Source: Trichodelitschia bisporula | Lineage: Eukaryota | Reading direction: 5' to 3' | DNA length: 64,000 nucleotides | NCBI GenBank assembly: GCA_010356995.1 | Contig: ML996711.1 | Location: 1 to 64,000, forward strand | Part shown: in pieces, positions 10,464 through 22,094 of the stretch | Layout of the letters: the number at the start of each line of letters is the position of its first letter | Position numbering within the stretch: the first letter of the stretch is position 1 | Program-made: the position numbers and the translations under genes | The notes under the pieces: generated by a model | What the model saw: only the letters and a program-made list of their open reading frames with translations | The model's database searches: none | Told to the model about the DNA's origin: nothing

Positions 10464-13400
10464 GCGTGGGTCTGGTGCGGTGAGTCGAATGTGTGGCTTA
10501 CGGCGGATCTTTGTGGGTGAGTAACCGGCGTTCACGGTGGTCGGATAGCTCATCCTTCGATTTACACGAGTTCTGAATCAGGTGCGAGATGATACCCATT
10601 TCTTCAGATTTTGATGCTTTTCCAAGTCTTGATTGTTCCGGACGGGGGCTCTTGGCCGGCGAAATGGTTAGCAATCTTCATCTTCCTACTGTTTCGTAGT
10701 GACTACTCGCGGTCTGCCAGGCATAAGAATAGGGGGTTCGGCTTATAGTGAAGCCCGCTACTCCCTGTATGTGGCCGCTTCTCCTGGCCACGGAGCATAC
10801 CCTCCATCAACCCCTCATAAACAGCAGTCAGCAAGATCGCCTACAGCAAGTCTCCGGCTCCAATATCTGCTACGTGAACGCCTCACGCCCAGCGCTCCCA
10901 CGGGCCATCGCCTCCATCCCCCTGATCCGCATGCCACCGACCCCATCATCATCCTCCTCTCGAGAACCCCCTCCGCACTTACCTTTGTGTTAGCGAAGTT
11001 ATCACATCACCCCCTCGCCTTCCCACGACGATCCCACGCCCCGTCACTGCGCCTCCCTTCGCCACCAACATGCCACTTCGCCCTCCCAGGCCGCGTACAA
11101 CATAGTAGACCCACCACAGAATCAGCACACTCATCACACCCACCCTACGCCCCACCTCGCCGCCCAGCGCCCAACGGCGGCGAAGTCGTGAGCCCAACGC
11201 CAGGTGACAAAGCACAGGAAAGCGTCACAACGCAGCCGCGGCGGCGGAAGGGCGGCATCATGCCAGCGCCGCATATGCTGTGAAAAAAAGGCGTTAACCG
11301 CGAAGATCGTCCTGGTCAAGAAAGCGTAGGAAGGTACCTCCCGCAGGTACCCTACATCCGCACCGCCACCAGCGCCACTAACCCCACCTAAGCTGCGCCA
11401 CACATGCACCGGACGACCGAGGGCTCATCGAAAAAAAGTCATGACCTCCGGCGACATGACCTCTGCCAAATTTTGGTGAGGGTAGGACATGACTTTTCCG
11501 GGTGGCCCTTGGACGTCCAGCCCTGTACGTTGTATGACGGCCAAGAGCTGAACCTCGACCCGCCGGTGCACGCGGCCAAATATACCCTCAGCGCTGCTCA
11601 GCTCCCGCCGTACTCCCCGGGCACGCCGCAACGGGCGGCGCGGCGCGCGTTTCAGCTCCCCGCTCTCACGGCATCTCTGCGCGGCGAGGTAAGCGTGTTG
11701 GACACCAGCGGCGTAGTAGAGAAAGGGATTGCACATCCGTAAAAACGCGATTCGGGGTAGGAGGTGCGCGCCGTTAGCATAAGCCTTGCGGGCCTGCCTG
11801 GATCCCCGCTCCCGAGCGGCCTCAACCACACCCTGGCGGCTGCGGCCCCGCGCCGCGAGGCTGGTGCTGGGTGCCGCGCGCGTGCGGCCCCTCGCCGCTG
11901 AGCGGGACCGCGCTCACCGGTCTATCTGCCTTCATGGCTGTTCGTGTGCCGTGCATGAACCAGCGCATGGCGGGCGCCGCTGGCACGCGGGACGAGATGC
12001 AGATATGCGGTGCATTGGGGACGAGGCTATGGGGTTGTAGATTTCGGGTGGGACGGTGGTACGGCATTTAATGGTTTATGCGTTGCGGCTCTGCGGGGCC
12101 AGTGGATTGTCGTCGTGCTGGGCCGGTGAGCGGCGCGCGTTTGAGTGCGCGCGTTTGGAATGGTGGCTGCTTCTTATGGCGTGTACGCGGTTGATGCGCG
12201 TGCGGGGTGAGTTGCGCTCAATGTCAATGCTCTCCAACAAGGCTAGGGAGTTTGACCCGCACTGTCGTCAACAGGCTCTACCCGTGGAAATAGCACGAAC
12301 CCTGAATTCCGATCCCGATCCCTCCCCCGCTCTCATCCCCGCCTTCCACCCCCAGGCAAACACGGCCTCACCCCACACAGCGTCAACCGGGCCTCAGCCC
12401 GGCGCGGCATCCAGACCTCTCGGCCTCCACCCACAGACTACTGGCCCGCACAGACAAGGTGTCTATCGGCAACCCATGAATGGTGGAGGTCGGCGAATCG
12501 CCGTCGCGGCTGTTGGCTCCGCAGTCGGGGCTGCCCGTTTCAGTCGCAGGAAGCAGGCTAAGCGGCGGGGAAAGGTTGTGCGTGGTCACGCCTCGAGGCT
12601 ATTCGCCGAGATTGCGGGGTGGGATTGGTGGGTAAGGGGAGGTGCGTTATGTGAGGCGGAGGACTTGGGGAGGAGGATGGAAGCTTGCTTGGGTTTTGCT
12701 GCCCTTGACATTGCTGCTGCCCTCGAGCTGTGCGAGGAGCCCAAGGCTGGCAACGTGGCGCCTTGTCTGTGACGAGAGCGTGGAGGCGCGCCATTGGCCC
12801 GCGAGTACAGTGCCGTGAGCGGGCGCGAGGCTCAGGAAGGTGACGAAGAAAGAGGACGTTGCGGTAGCGAATGCGGCGAGATGCGCCAGCACCGTGCTTA
12901 ACTACCGTCAGATAGCGTATTCGGATGATATCCGTGGGATGCCGTGTCCTGCTCAATCAGCAAAAAGTCGTGCATCACGATTGGATGCAGGGGACAGATG
13001 ACCTGCGAAAAAGATATGCGAGAATGGCGACGCTGCGAATGAGAATCTGCTCATCCCACGCTTTGAAATGATTCCACCTTCGAGAATTCGATTGCCATCT
13101 CGACCCCACTGCACCGCCTCACTGCGCCTCGGGCGATGCCGTTGCCATCGTTGTTCAAGTCAGGCATTAGTAAGGCTGTGACGCAGCGTCCGCGCCTCTC
13201 TACAAGGCAATCAGGAACACATTCCCAACCCCGCCCAGTCCAGCGGCCAGGCGCCAGGGGCACGCAACGCCCGTTCTCGCCCCGCTGCCGCGCTGCCTCT
13301 CGCGGGCACCGGGCCGCGGCTCGCGCCGCAAAATTGGGCTCCGGCACGGCGCGGGCGGGTCGTCAGTGACGTGGGTCTGGAAGCGCAGATCACGCGGGTG

Positions 13401-15445
13401 AGGACGATTTGGGAATGAATTGAAATGCGCGCGATGCAGGCGACGCAGGATTACGACGGTGGGATGAGTGGGATGGGCCAGCGCGGCCTGGTCGTTGGCC
13501 GTTGGTGTTCGGGTTGGTGGATCGGCATTGCGTGCGCGGTGCGCGTTGATGTGACAGGTACGCCACGGGAGGGGCGGGCGGAATCGGGGCGCTCGGGCGG
13601 ATCGGCGGTGGCATTCTCGGCTGCGGAGTTTTTTGCGATGCGGGGTTTTGCGCCGCGGCGTGGCTGATCGTGGGGGTGGCCCCCCGCGGTCTTTGCCGGT
13701 CGTGCCACTCTGACTTTCTTCCATCCTAGAGGAGAAGGGGAAGGCGCAAAACGTTTTGGCGTGTGCTGTGAGAGGTGAGAGAGCGGCGTAGAGGCACAAA
13801 ATACGGTAGGTGAGCTGATGGTGATATGCACTGGGCGTACCGACAGGAATGGTAATGGTAAGCAGGGTAAGACGAATGCGCAGTGCACCGTACAGCACGA
13901 CGGGCAGTCGCAGTGGAATGTTCCGCAAGTCTTCGATGATGACGTCTGCTGCATTTCCTCTCTCTTCAACGCTTCCCTCCTCTTCTCCAACTTTTGCATC
14001 GGATGCCGGATAGCCAAATTAACGTAGCCTGGGGTCATTAGGGTAGATGCCTGTCTCTCGACGCCGTTGTCACCGTTATGATCTGTACTATGATATCGAC
14101 CTGCCTGATATTGCGCCCGAGGCACCGGCAAAGTGACGATGAATGTTGGGCAGGTGCGTGGTACAGTCCAAACAAGCAGCAGGCTAACCCAGATGGCTTC
14201 GTATTGTCACTCGTATCCACCTACTCTTCCGGCTCTTCCAGATGACCTACGGACAAAGCGGGGACATGACTACGAGTCGATGAGCTGCCACGACAGCGCA
14301 GCGCAGCACAGCCTAGCAAAGACACTTCTTCCTCACCGTAGACTCAACGCTCTCTGTCTCTAACACATATACAGTCTTTCTCCACTCCACTCTTGCAAGA
14401 CAGCAAAATGAGGCAGCGAAATCGGATCGAGCTTATGTTCGCTTTGCGCATGCTGAGGCAGAGAGGGCGAGCGATGCGCACTTGATGGAGCACAGAAAAC
14501 GGCGCAACTCCATTCTATGGGTGTGATTGGAGATGATGCAGAAACTGCCTCTTCTTCTCGACCTCTTCGCTGGTCAACTGGTCCGGCGGCACTGGATCGT
14601 TACGAACTTGCCTGCCCGCATGTTCTTCCCGAGTGGCTGGGGCTGGGGTGTTGCTCGACAAGGACACGCGAAGCTGTAGCCAACAAATCACGATGCCCAC
14701 CCTCCCTCCAACTCTCTCATCTTTACTATCTCTCTGTATCTGCATCCTATAGCCCCCCTCCCAGTCCATCCTGCCATCCTACCGTACAGCCCTACCCTGC
14801 CCCCATCATCTTCCCCCCCAGTCGCATGCCTCCCCACGTCGTCTCCGACTCGCAAAGCGCCGCCTGCCCGCCTTTTCTCACGTTTCCAACTTCCCGCTGC
14901 CGCCCTCGGCTTTTGCGCAACCCCTCCGGCCAGCCAGCGAGCGGCTGCCTCCACTTCGCCTTTGCTGGGCTTTGCTCGCGAGCCGCCGAAATAAGCTGAA
15001 TCTAGCCGGTTATCCATGGAAGGTCGTCTGTCAGAAAAGTGCACGGTCATGCCCACGCCTCCCCACCCCGTGCTCCCGCTCACTCACTCCACCCACCATT
15101 TCTACCTATCCCCATCCCGCACCACCACAGCCCGGCTTTCTCTAGAGACAGCCTGTTCCTCTCCGCCCTTTTTCTTTGGCTCTCCATACGGATCGGGCTC
15201 ATGGCACCTTTAGCGACTTGATTAGCTGCTTTGCTTTTCTTCAGTTTCCCATATTTTAACGACTTGTAATAGTCGCAGTTCTGGTTGCCTTCTCCATTTT
15301 CCCTTCATCATCACCATCACCATCAACCAGCCAGAACACTAAATACGTTCCCTCTTCATCAACCATTAGCCATACCTAATCCTCACTTCCAAAATACGTC
15401 CTTGTGATACAACACCACTCCCCCATCCACTCGAACCCCTTCACA

Positions 15446-16881
15446 ATGACCCAAAAAATCCACTGGCGGGATGACACGGACGCCCGCGACAGCGAGGAGA
15501 GCTCTCGCCGCAGCGACGCCTCGTACCGCTCCTACAGCACCGCGCCAACAGAACGCAGCGAACGCGATAGACAGCCTGGCCTACCGCGTCGGGAAACCTG
15601 CCATGCGCGTCTCGAAGGCCGGCGTGAAGTGCCGCCGTTTGTTTACGACGCCTCCTCAGCTTCGGTAGACTCCGTGTCGACCATCGCTTCTGACGAAAGC
15701 GATGCGGAGCAGGAAGAGGATGATTTCTCGGCCTATGAGGCCGACGAGTATGACGCTGAGCACTACCGCAGCGATGCCCTTCCTGCCTCTCCACTCGACT
15801 TCAGCGAGCTGTTCCCGTCGGCCCGTCGTCTGGTCATCCACCACGACGACTCGACCGTCGACGGCAACATGAACCTGCGCATAGACACCAGCGTCGAACT
15901 GAAGTGGAGCGGTAAGAAGCGCGACATGACCCTCTTCCACCTCCGCATGCACGACCTCAAGAGCCGTCACTTTTCTCTGCGTCGATATTGCCGCGATTCG
16001 GGCCGCGAGGTCTGCAGTACCGCTCGCAAGTACCAACAACCAGCGACAGCAAAACGGCCTCCGTTACAAAAGTCGTTCAGTAGCGCTTTTGCCACTCTGC
16101 GACGTCAAACTCTCGAGCACAAGGCGCCTGGCAACAACGCCTCGATCAGCAGACAGGATTCTGGATATGGGTCCCTGAACGGCGATGGCGCCGCTGCCGA
16201 CGAGGAGGCCGACGTGCAGTCCATCGGCAAGGTGCGAACAAAGCCGGCCGCTCGCTTGCCCACCAACACCATCAAGCTCGAGTTCTCAAACTACGCCCAC
16301 GTCAACGTGAAGCGGAGAGGGACCGGTGCGAACAACAAGCGATACCAGTTCGAGTACTGGGGCCACCAGTATTCGTGGAAACGCTGCGTCAGGACAGAGG
16401 GCCATGAAGAGGAGGTGTCTTACCATCTTGTACGCGATGACAAGTACGATGCCCTCGCACACATCGTCCCTGTGCCCTTGACCACGAGTCAGGTGGAGGA
16501 GGAGCGGTTCAAGGGCGGGTGGGTGCCCCCGTGCTCCATGTGGATCAGCGACCAAGATGTAATCGATGGTTCGCCCGATCTCGCCGAGTGAGTCTTGTTC
16601 TTTTTGAGTGACAGTCGCACAGCTGCTAACCTTCTTCAAGTGTTGTCATGGCTACCGGCCTCATAGCCCTGGTTGACGATACCATCAAGCGGCGCTGGCA
16701 CTCCAAGCACATCCGCCAGATCGTGCTACCTTTGGCGCGAAGCTCCTCATTTCGCATGGAGTACATCGGACCGAAACAGCTGATTAACGAGGTGTTCCAC
16801 CGCAGCGGCGCCCAGAATCGTGGTCCCACGTCCGGGCACCCGTCGCCCATCCGGCGTCACTCCAAAGGCTTCGAAGACTGA
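15446..16881 (+). CDS. Conserved fungal hypothetical protein, 2 exons (intron about 16588-16640)
   Basis: Long ORF with coding-like codon use after a pyrimidine-rich leader; motifs HHDDSTVDGNMNLRIDT, LFHLRMHDLKSRHFSLRRYCRDSGREVC and GGWVPPCSMWI; GTGAGT donor and CTAAC...AAG acceptor. Confidence 0.85.
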
Positions 16882-19753
16882 GAGAGCGGTGACCGCGAGG
16901 TGACGCTGTCGTGCTTCACGACAAACTCTCCACTGCTCGGGCCGCTGGTGGCAACTTGCATCGCATTTTTATTTCCATTCTCGTACATGCCTTTTCTGCC
17001 TCTCCCACTCCACCCCAACGGGGTGGCGAGGGAGACGTGTGTCGGTGTTTGACGTTGCAACGTGGCGGCCATCTCGCTACCGTTGGCCTCTGGGGAAGCG
17101 GGCAAAAAAGGGCACTTTTGGTTTCAATGGGCTCTATATTCTTTTGAAACGTGTTTCCCGTTGTTCCCTCATTTCGCGCCATTTGGGAGGTTGGGAGTGT
17201 TTTCCAGCGCGCACAGCAGGGTACGAGGAGGTGTGGCGAGGGGAACGAGTGCATCGAACGGCGATCCGCTGATATTTTCGGGGTCGGATATTGGGCGCAC
17301 AGCATGTTTGCCTTGAACTGCTCACGAATGGAATAACGCTTCACGACCCTCTTTCAGAGACAAAGTGATGTGTTTGACATGCTGCGAACCGCCCTTTTTT
17401 TGGGGGGGCAAGCTACGCTCATATGCAGTTCTTTCTGCCCTCGTTCGGCGGAGGTTTTTGGAGTGGATCCCAGCCAGTAGCCGGGCGCCTATCTTCGGCA
17501 GCTGGCTGAACGATGCCCACGGTAGAGGAGTCCAGACACGACGGACCGATGAGCGGAATTGCCCCGTTGGTTTGCGTGTCACGGGAGATTGCGTTGGGTT
17601 TGTCTTACCGAGGCGGTGTCGCGCAGCTGTGGGATTCCGCCTTCGGAGACGGGTTGCTGCGCAAAAACTGGGCTCACATATGCAGATGGGGGGGAGACAC
17701 GGAGATGGGCGAAAGGTAGGTACCCGAGATGGCACGACGGGCCTGTACAGCAGGATTTGCATGCATTCCTCTTCGGTGGGTTATGAAGACCACATGGGGA
17801 GTTTGCTCCGGTGCTCTTAGTACCGTTACGGTAGACGATAGGCTTCTGGAGTGGAACACAAACAGACATGAGATGACATAATGGGATTTTGAAGTCATGT
17901 TTGAAGCGTTGGAGATGTGTTTTGAGTGGGGAGCGCACGGTTCGCCCGGGCAAGTTACTCGTTTTACTGTACCAACCTCGCTCAGGCAATGATCTTGCCG
18001 TTCAGGCATCAAACACCGTCATTATCTCAGACATCTGGCGTCCGGTAATTGGCCACTGGCCGACCTCGCCTCTCTCCTCCAACTTCCGTCTATCGTCACT
18101 TGGCTTGGCTCTATTTTCTCTCCAACTACTCTTCTCTCTCCACTGTAACTTTTCTTCATCTTTACCTCATCCCAACCTGTCGTCACCTCCAAGGCATCGA
18201 AGCACCACGCCTCCTGGTGACGTCGTTGTCCTCGGCGGCTTGTCACTGCTAATCGTTAGCAGAAAATCATTTTGGCAGCTAGCATTGACACGTCGTCCGC
18301 CATGTCAGCATGCATCAACCTCGTTACCTCTGCTTCCCCACCACCTGCCTAGCCGCCTTTCTTCCTCGGAAAGCCAACTACCGCTCGTCCACCAGCAATC
18401 AACCACCATCTCTACCTCATTGAAGCCCTTGCTCTGAGCCTCACTGTCACTCGGCCAAAAACTCCCCGTCCCCAGTCCTACCCTCCTTAACCCCCCCCTC
18501 CAACCCCCCAGTCCCCCAGTCTCCCCATCTCCCGGTTCCTGCGGTCGTTTTCATTCATCCCCCGCTCCCAGTCTTCGCCTTGATACCCACCATCTTCAAT
18601 CCTCCACCCAGAAATCTAAACGCTTTGAAACAACTCCCTCACGCAAGCCGAGGCAGTCTTTGCAGAATGCGTTGCGTCTTCGCTTCCGAATAAGACACAA
18701 CCACGATGTTCTTTGCTCTCTCGTGTGCATAGAATCGTTACATGCACGCCTATCTTGCTTGGTGTCGGACAAAAATCGCCTCCCTAACAACACTGCCGAT
18801 GCCACTTCACCCATTCTCCCCCGAAGCAGTGGGTGGCGGCCATGCGGGCTAGCCTTCAGTCCCCAATTCGGGATCCCTAGCCATTGCTCTGCGTCTTCGT
18901 ACAGGAAAGCCAAGCGCGGGAGCGGACCCATAGACGCGGTACATCGACCACGGCACGCCATTTTTTGTTTTTGTTATTCTCTTCTCAACTCTCCACTCTG
19001 CTCCCTTACCCCCTCAGCCGTAGGCCATACCGCCCACCCCCCTCTCTCCCATTGGAAGCAAGACCTTGTCTTCCTCGGCGGCTGCGGCACTCATGGCTCG
19101 GCCCTCTCCTTCCGCGTGGCCCAGGCCAATGCGCTGGGTGTTGCTGCGAACCATTGCCAGGACTTCCGTTGTTCGAACGGCGAGATCGTCGAGAATACCG
19201 CTCGCACATCCCACACACCCCCGTAATTAGGGGCTGAGCTGGCACTTCCAGTACCGAGCGGGGAGGAGCGCGAAGCGCACTCCTTCGTTTACCCACACTG
19301 CTGTAACCCACGGATAGCGACTGCTGTCCTGCCCGCAAGTATGCTAGATGGCATTGGTGGAGGGTGAGTGACGAGCGAGAGGATCAGGTCAGCAGCGCTG
19401 TGGGCGGCGGGAAAACCGTATAAAGTGCTTTTCTCGGCTGCTGCTGCTGTTGCTGCTTGTTCAGCAGAGGCAACGGACCGGACAGCAATTTTAGCGACCT
19501 TGTCTTTTCAAGTGAAGCGCTATCCAAGTTAAGCGGCTTTTTTTGCGTCGTCCTCGCATTTGCCCGATCCTTTCGCGTCTTTGTTCCGCGCTTGCCTTTA
19601 TCTGTCCCTGCTCTTTTCGCCCTATCTTCTATCGTCATCGCCCCCTTCGTCACCGCCGTTCGCCAGCCTTACCAACCCACCTTTACCCTCGCCCCGATCT
19701 CCGATCGCTCACCGTCCCCGCCACGGGCTACTGCCATAGACCTGGTCGCCGAT

Positions 19754-20214
19754 ATGTCCTCCAACTCGGCCCAAACCGCCGAGCGCGTGGGTCATTGGCA
19801 GGAAAACCTGCAGAGTGGGTAGTCTCCCATGCTCCGAACCACCAACTGACTCCATAGATTTCTGCGCCACGCACCAGCTCGGCCAGCCAACATACCAGAC
19901 GGCTTCTGACCGGCGCGGTGCGTGCCCCCAGCCGGGCGCCAGCTTACGCCTACCCCCCACCCCACCCCTTGCTAACCCCCACAGGCACTCGCACAGCCTG
20001 GTCTGCGACCGTGTGCGTCGGCGGCTGCTTTGTCCCCGCGCGCTACTGGTACTCCGGGGAGTACATACACAACGCGCGCGAGGATGCGGCCCATGTGGCT
20101 TATCAGTGGCTCATCAGTCTGCCGAATTATCAGCAGTGTCATCGGAGCCATCCGGGACCCGCCCGGCCACCGCAGACGTATCCGAATGCTGGGCCCAGGG
20201 AACCGGGGACGTAG
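19754..20214 (+). CDS. Small fungal double-stranded RNA-binding-motif (dsRBD-like) protein, 3 exons (19754-19814, 19858-19917, 19985-20214)
   Basis: Spliced MSSNSAQTAERVGHWQENLQNFCATHQLGQPTYQTASDRRGTRTAWSATVCVGGCFVPARYWYSGEYIHNAREDAAHVAYQWL. The alpha-beta-beta-beta-alpha pattern ends in A(R/K)EDAAxxA. Both introns restore the frame. Confidence 0.78.
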
Positions 20215-22094
20215 GCTTTGGCGAGCTTGGATGGAGGGTGAGAGGACGATGGGGACGACGTAGGGGACGAGGAGACGCTGGGGAGGATATGATACCGCGG
20301 GCTCCATAACTTTCTCCGTGCTGGGGTTCTCGTGAGCGCTCACTTCGACTTTTACTTGGCTGCGATGCTGCATTTTCAGCGCTTTTTTTGAAAGGCGTGC
20401 CTTCGGGTTCTGACGAAGTACGGAGCGTTGGCGCTTCAGTCTTTTTTTTTTTTCCTTGCGAGCGAGACGGGCGGTGGCCATCTCGTTTTCTGATGTGCGG
20501 TTATCTGTCAAGTGTCGATTAGGTTGGGCCTGGGGGACGCGGTACATCCGCTGTTGTTCGGAGAGACGAAATTTGGGATATTCGGCCAAAGTATGGGTTG
20601 AGTGGGAATCGCGGGCTGCTACCGGGCAGCGTGTCTCTCGAGCGTTTTGTTTTGGATGACCAGTCGCGGGCAAGCACGGTGGCTACATCTTCATGGCGGT
20701 CGAGTTCAGCACCTTTGGTGGGCACATCGTTTCCCTTTTTCAGGCCGCGCCTTTTGGGACCAGTGCTGCGAACTTGTTGGAGGGTAGTTTAGTTCGAGGG
20801 AGCGAGCCGGGCTACTACGTAGCTAGTGTACTTTCGAAGGGTACATCCGAATTACTTTTGCCGTCCAGTTATCCCGCTGCGAACAAAACTGCGAACTACT
20901 CGCGAACTATTGAAGTCTTTCGCATAAGTTGCGTTACGCAACGTCCCCGACGCTGGCGTAGGATTCGCAGCAAAGGCGGAAGGGCTGGCGGGTAGTTGAC
21001 CTGGTACTGGCTCCGTCTGGCGCACACTGCGCAGCGGTTGGCTGGTATATCGGGAGCGCAATTCGTCGGGCGGCTGTGCGGTTAGCGGGGGCGTTCAGCC
21101 AGTCTCGTGGGATCGCGGGGATTCGAATATACTCCCTTTGGAACTAGGTCCAGTGTTGAAACTTGAGGTGTGCCTGTGTGACTATATGTTTGAGATGAAG
21201 AACATTCGCTCCTTCGGCGCGCGCGCCTGACTGACAGCGCCTTCACGCGCTTTTTGATAACGGGCCCCCGCGTGTCCCGGCCGTGGGGCGCGTGGTCGTC
21301 GCGTGGGGCGGCACATGATGACAGCCTTGGGCGTTGGGCACGGGTTCGGGCTGCGGGGTGGGTCGGGTTGCAATTTTGGCTTGTTGGGCGGGAGGAGAGG
21401 GATGGATTTCAAGGACGGATGGACGTGGTTGTATTTTGTGCTTTGATAAAGCGGGTAGTTGCGGGCACCGTAGGGGCGGGGTGCGGGTGTGGGGTGCTGT
21501 GGGGTGGGGCGTCCAGGATGGGATTTTAAGGGTGGATTTGGAGAGGCTTTTGAGTGTGGGGTGCGCTGTGATGGGCTTGGAGCTGCTAGATTGAATATCA
21601 TGTTCACGGTTGAGGCAGTTTGGCTTCAAGTTTCATTGTGGTACATCGCCTTCATGTATACATCTTCAAACATGTCTTCACGCTTTTATCCTGACCCATC
21701 CCATCGTGATATTGTCCCCGTACATGTCCATTTCCACTGTCCCCATAGCAGTCCCCTTTCCAACATCCCCACCAGCCCGAGGTCGCCCTATCCTAGCCCG
21801 TAGTTATCCTTCGTCTGCGCATATCCTTCCTTTTTTGACGGTATCACCCCCCCCCGCAATCCCTCACAGACCCTCCCATCGCACCCCGTAAGCATCCTGA
21901 TGCCCACTTCAATAGCTTCCTCCATAGAACCCACTCATCAAACTCCCACGTCGTCCTATCGTGCCATCCATTGTGCCATCTCATCGTGCCGTCCCGTCAT
22001 GCACATCCAGTCGTGTCGTCGTCAGAGAGAGTGTTTGCCCCTGCCCTGCACAGGTGCTCGAGGCATACCACCTGTACTAGACAGGAGCAAAGTA

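Noticed and set aside
21110..21135. tRNA T-loop-like TTCGAATCCC on the minus strand
   Set aside because: No cloverleaf, A-box or acceptor stem.
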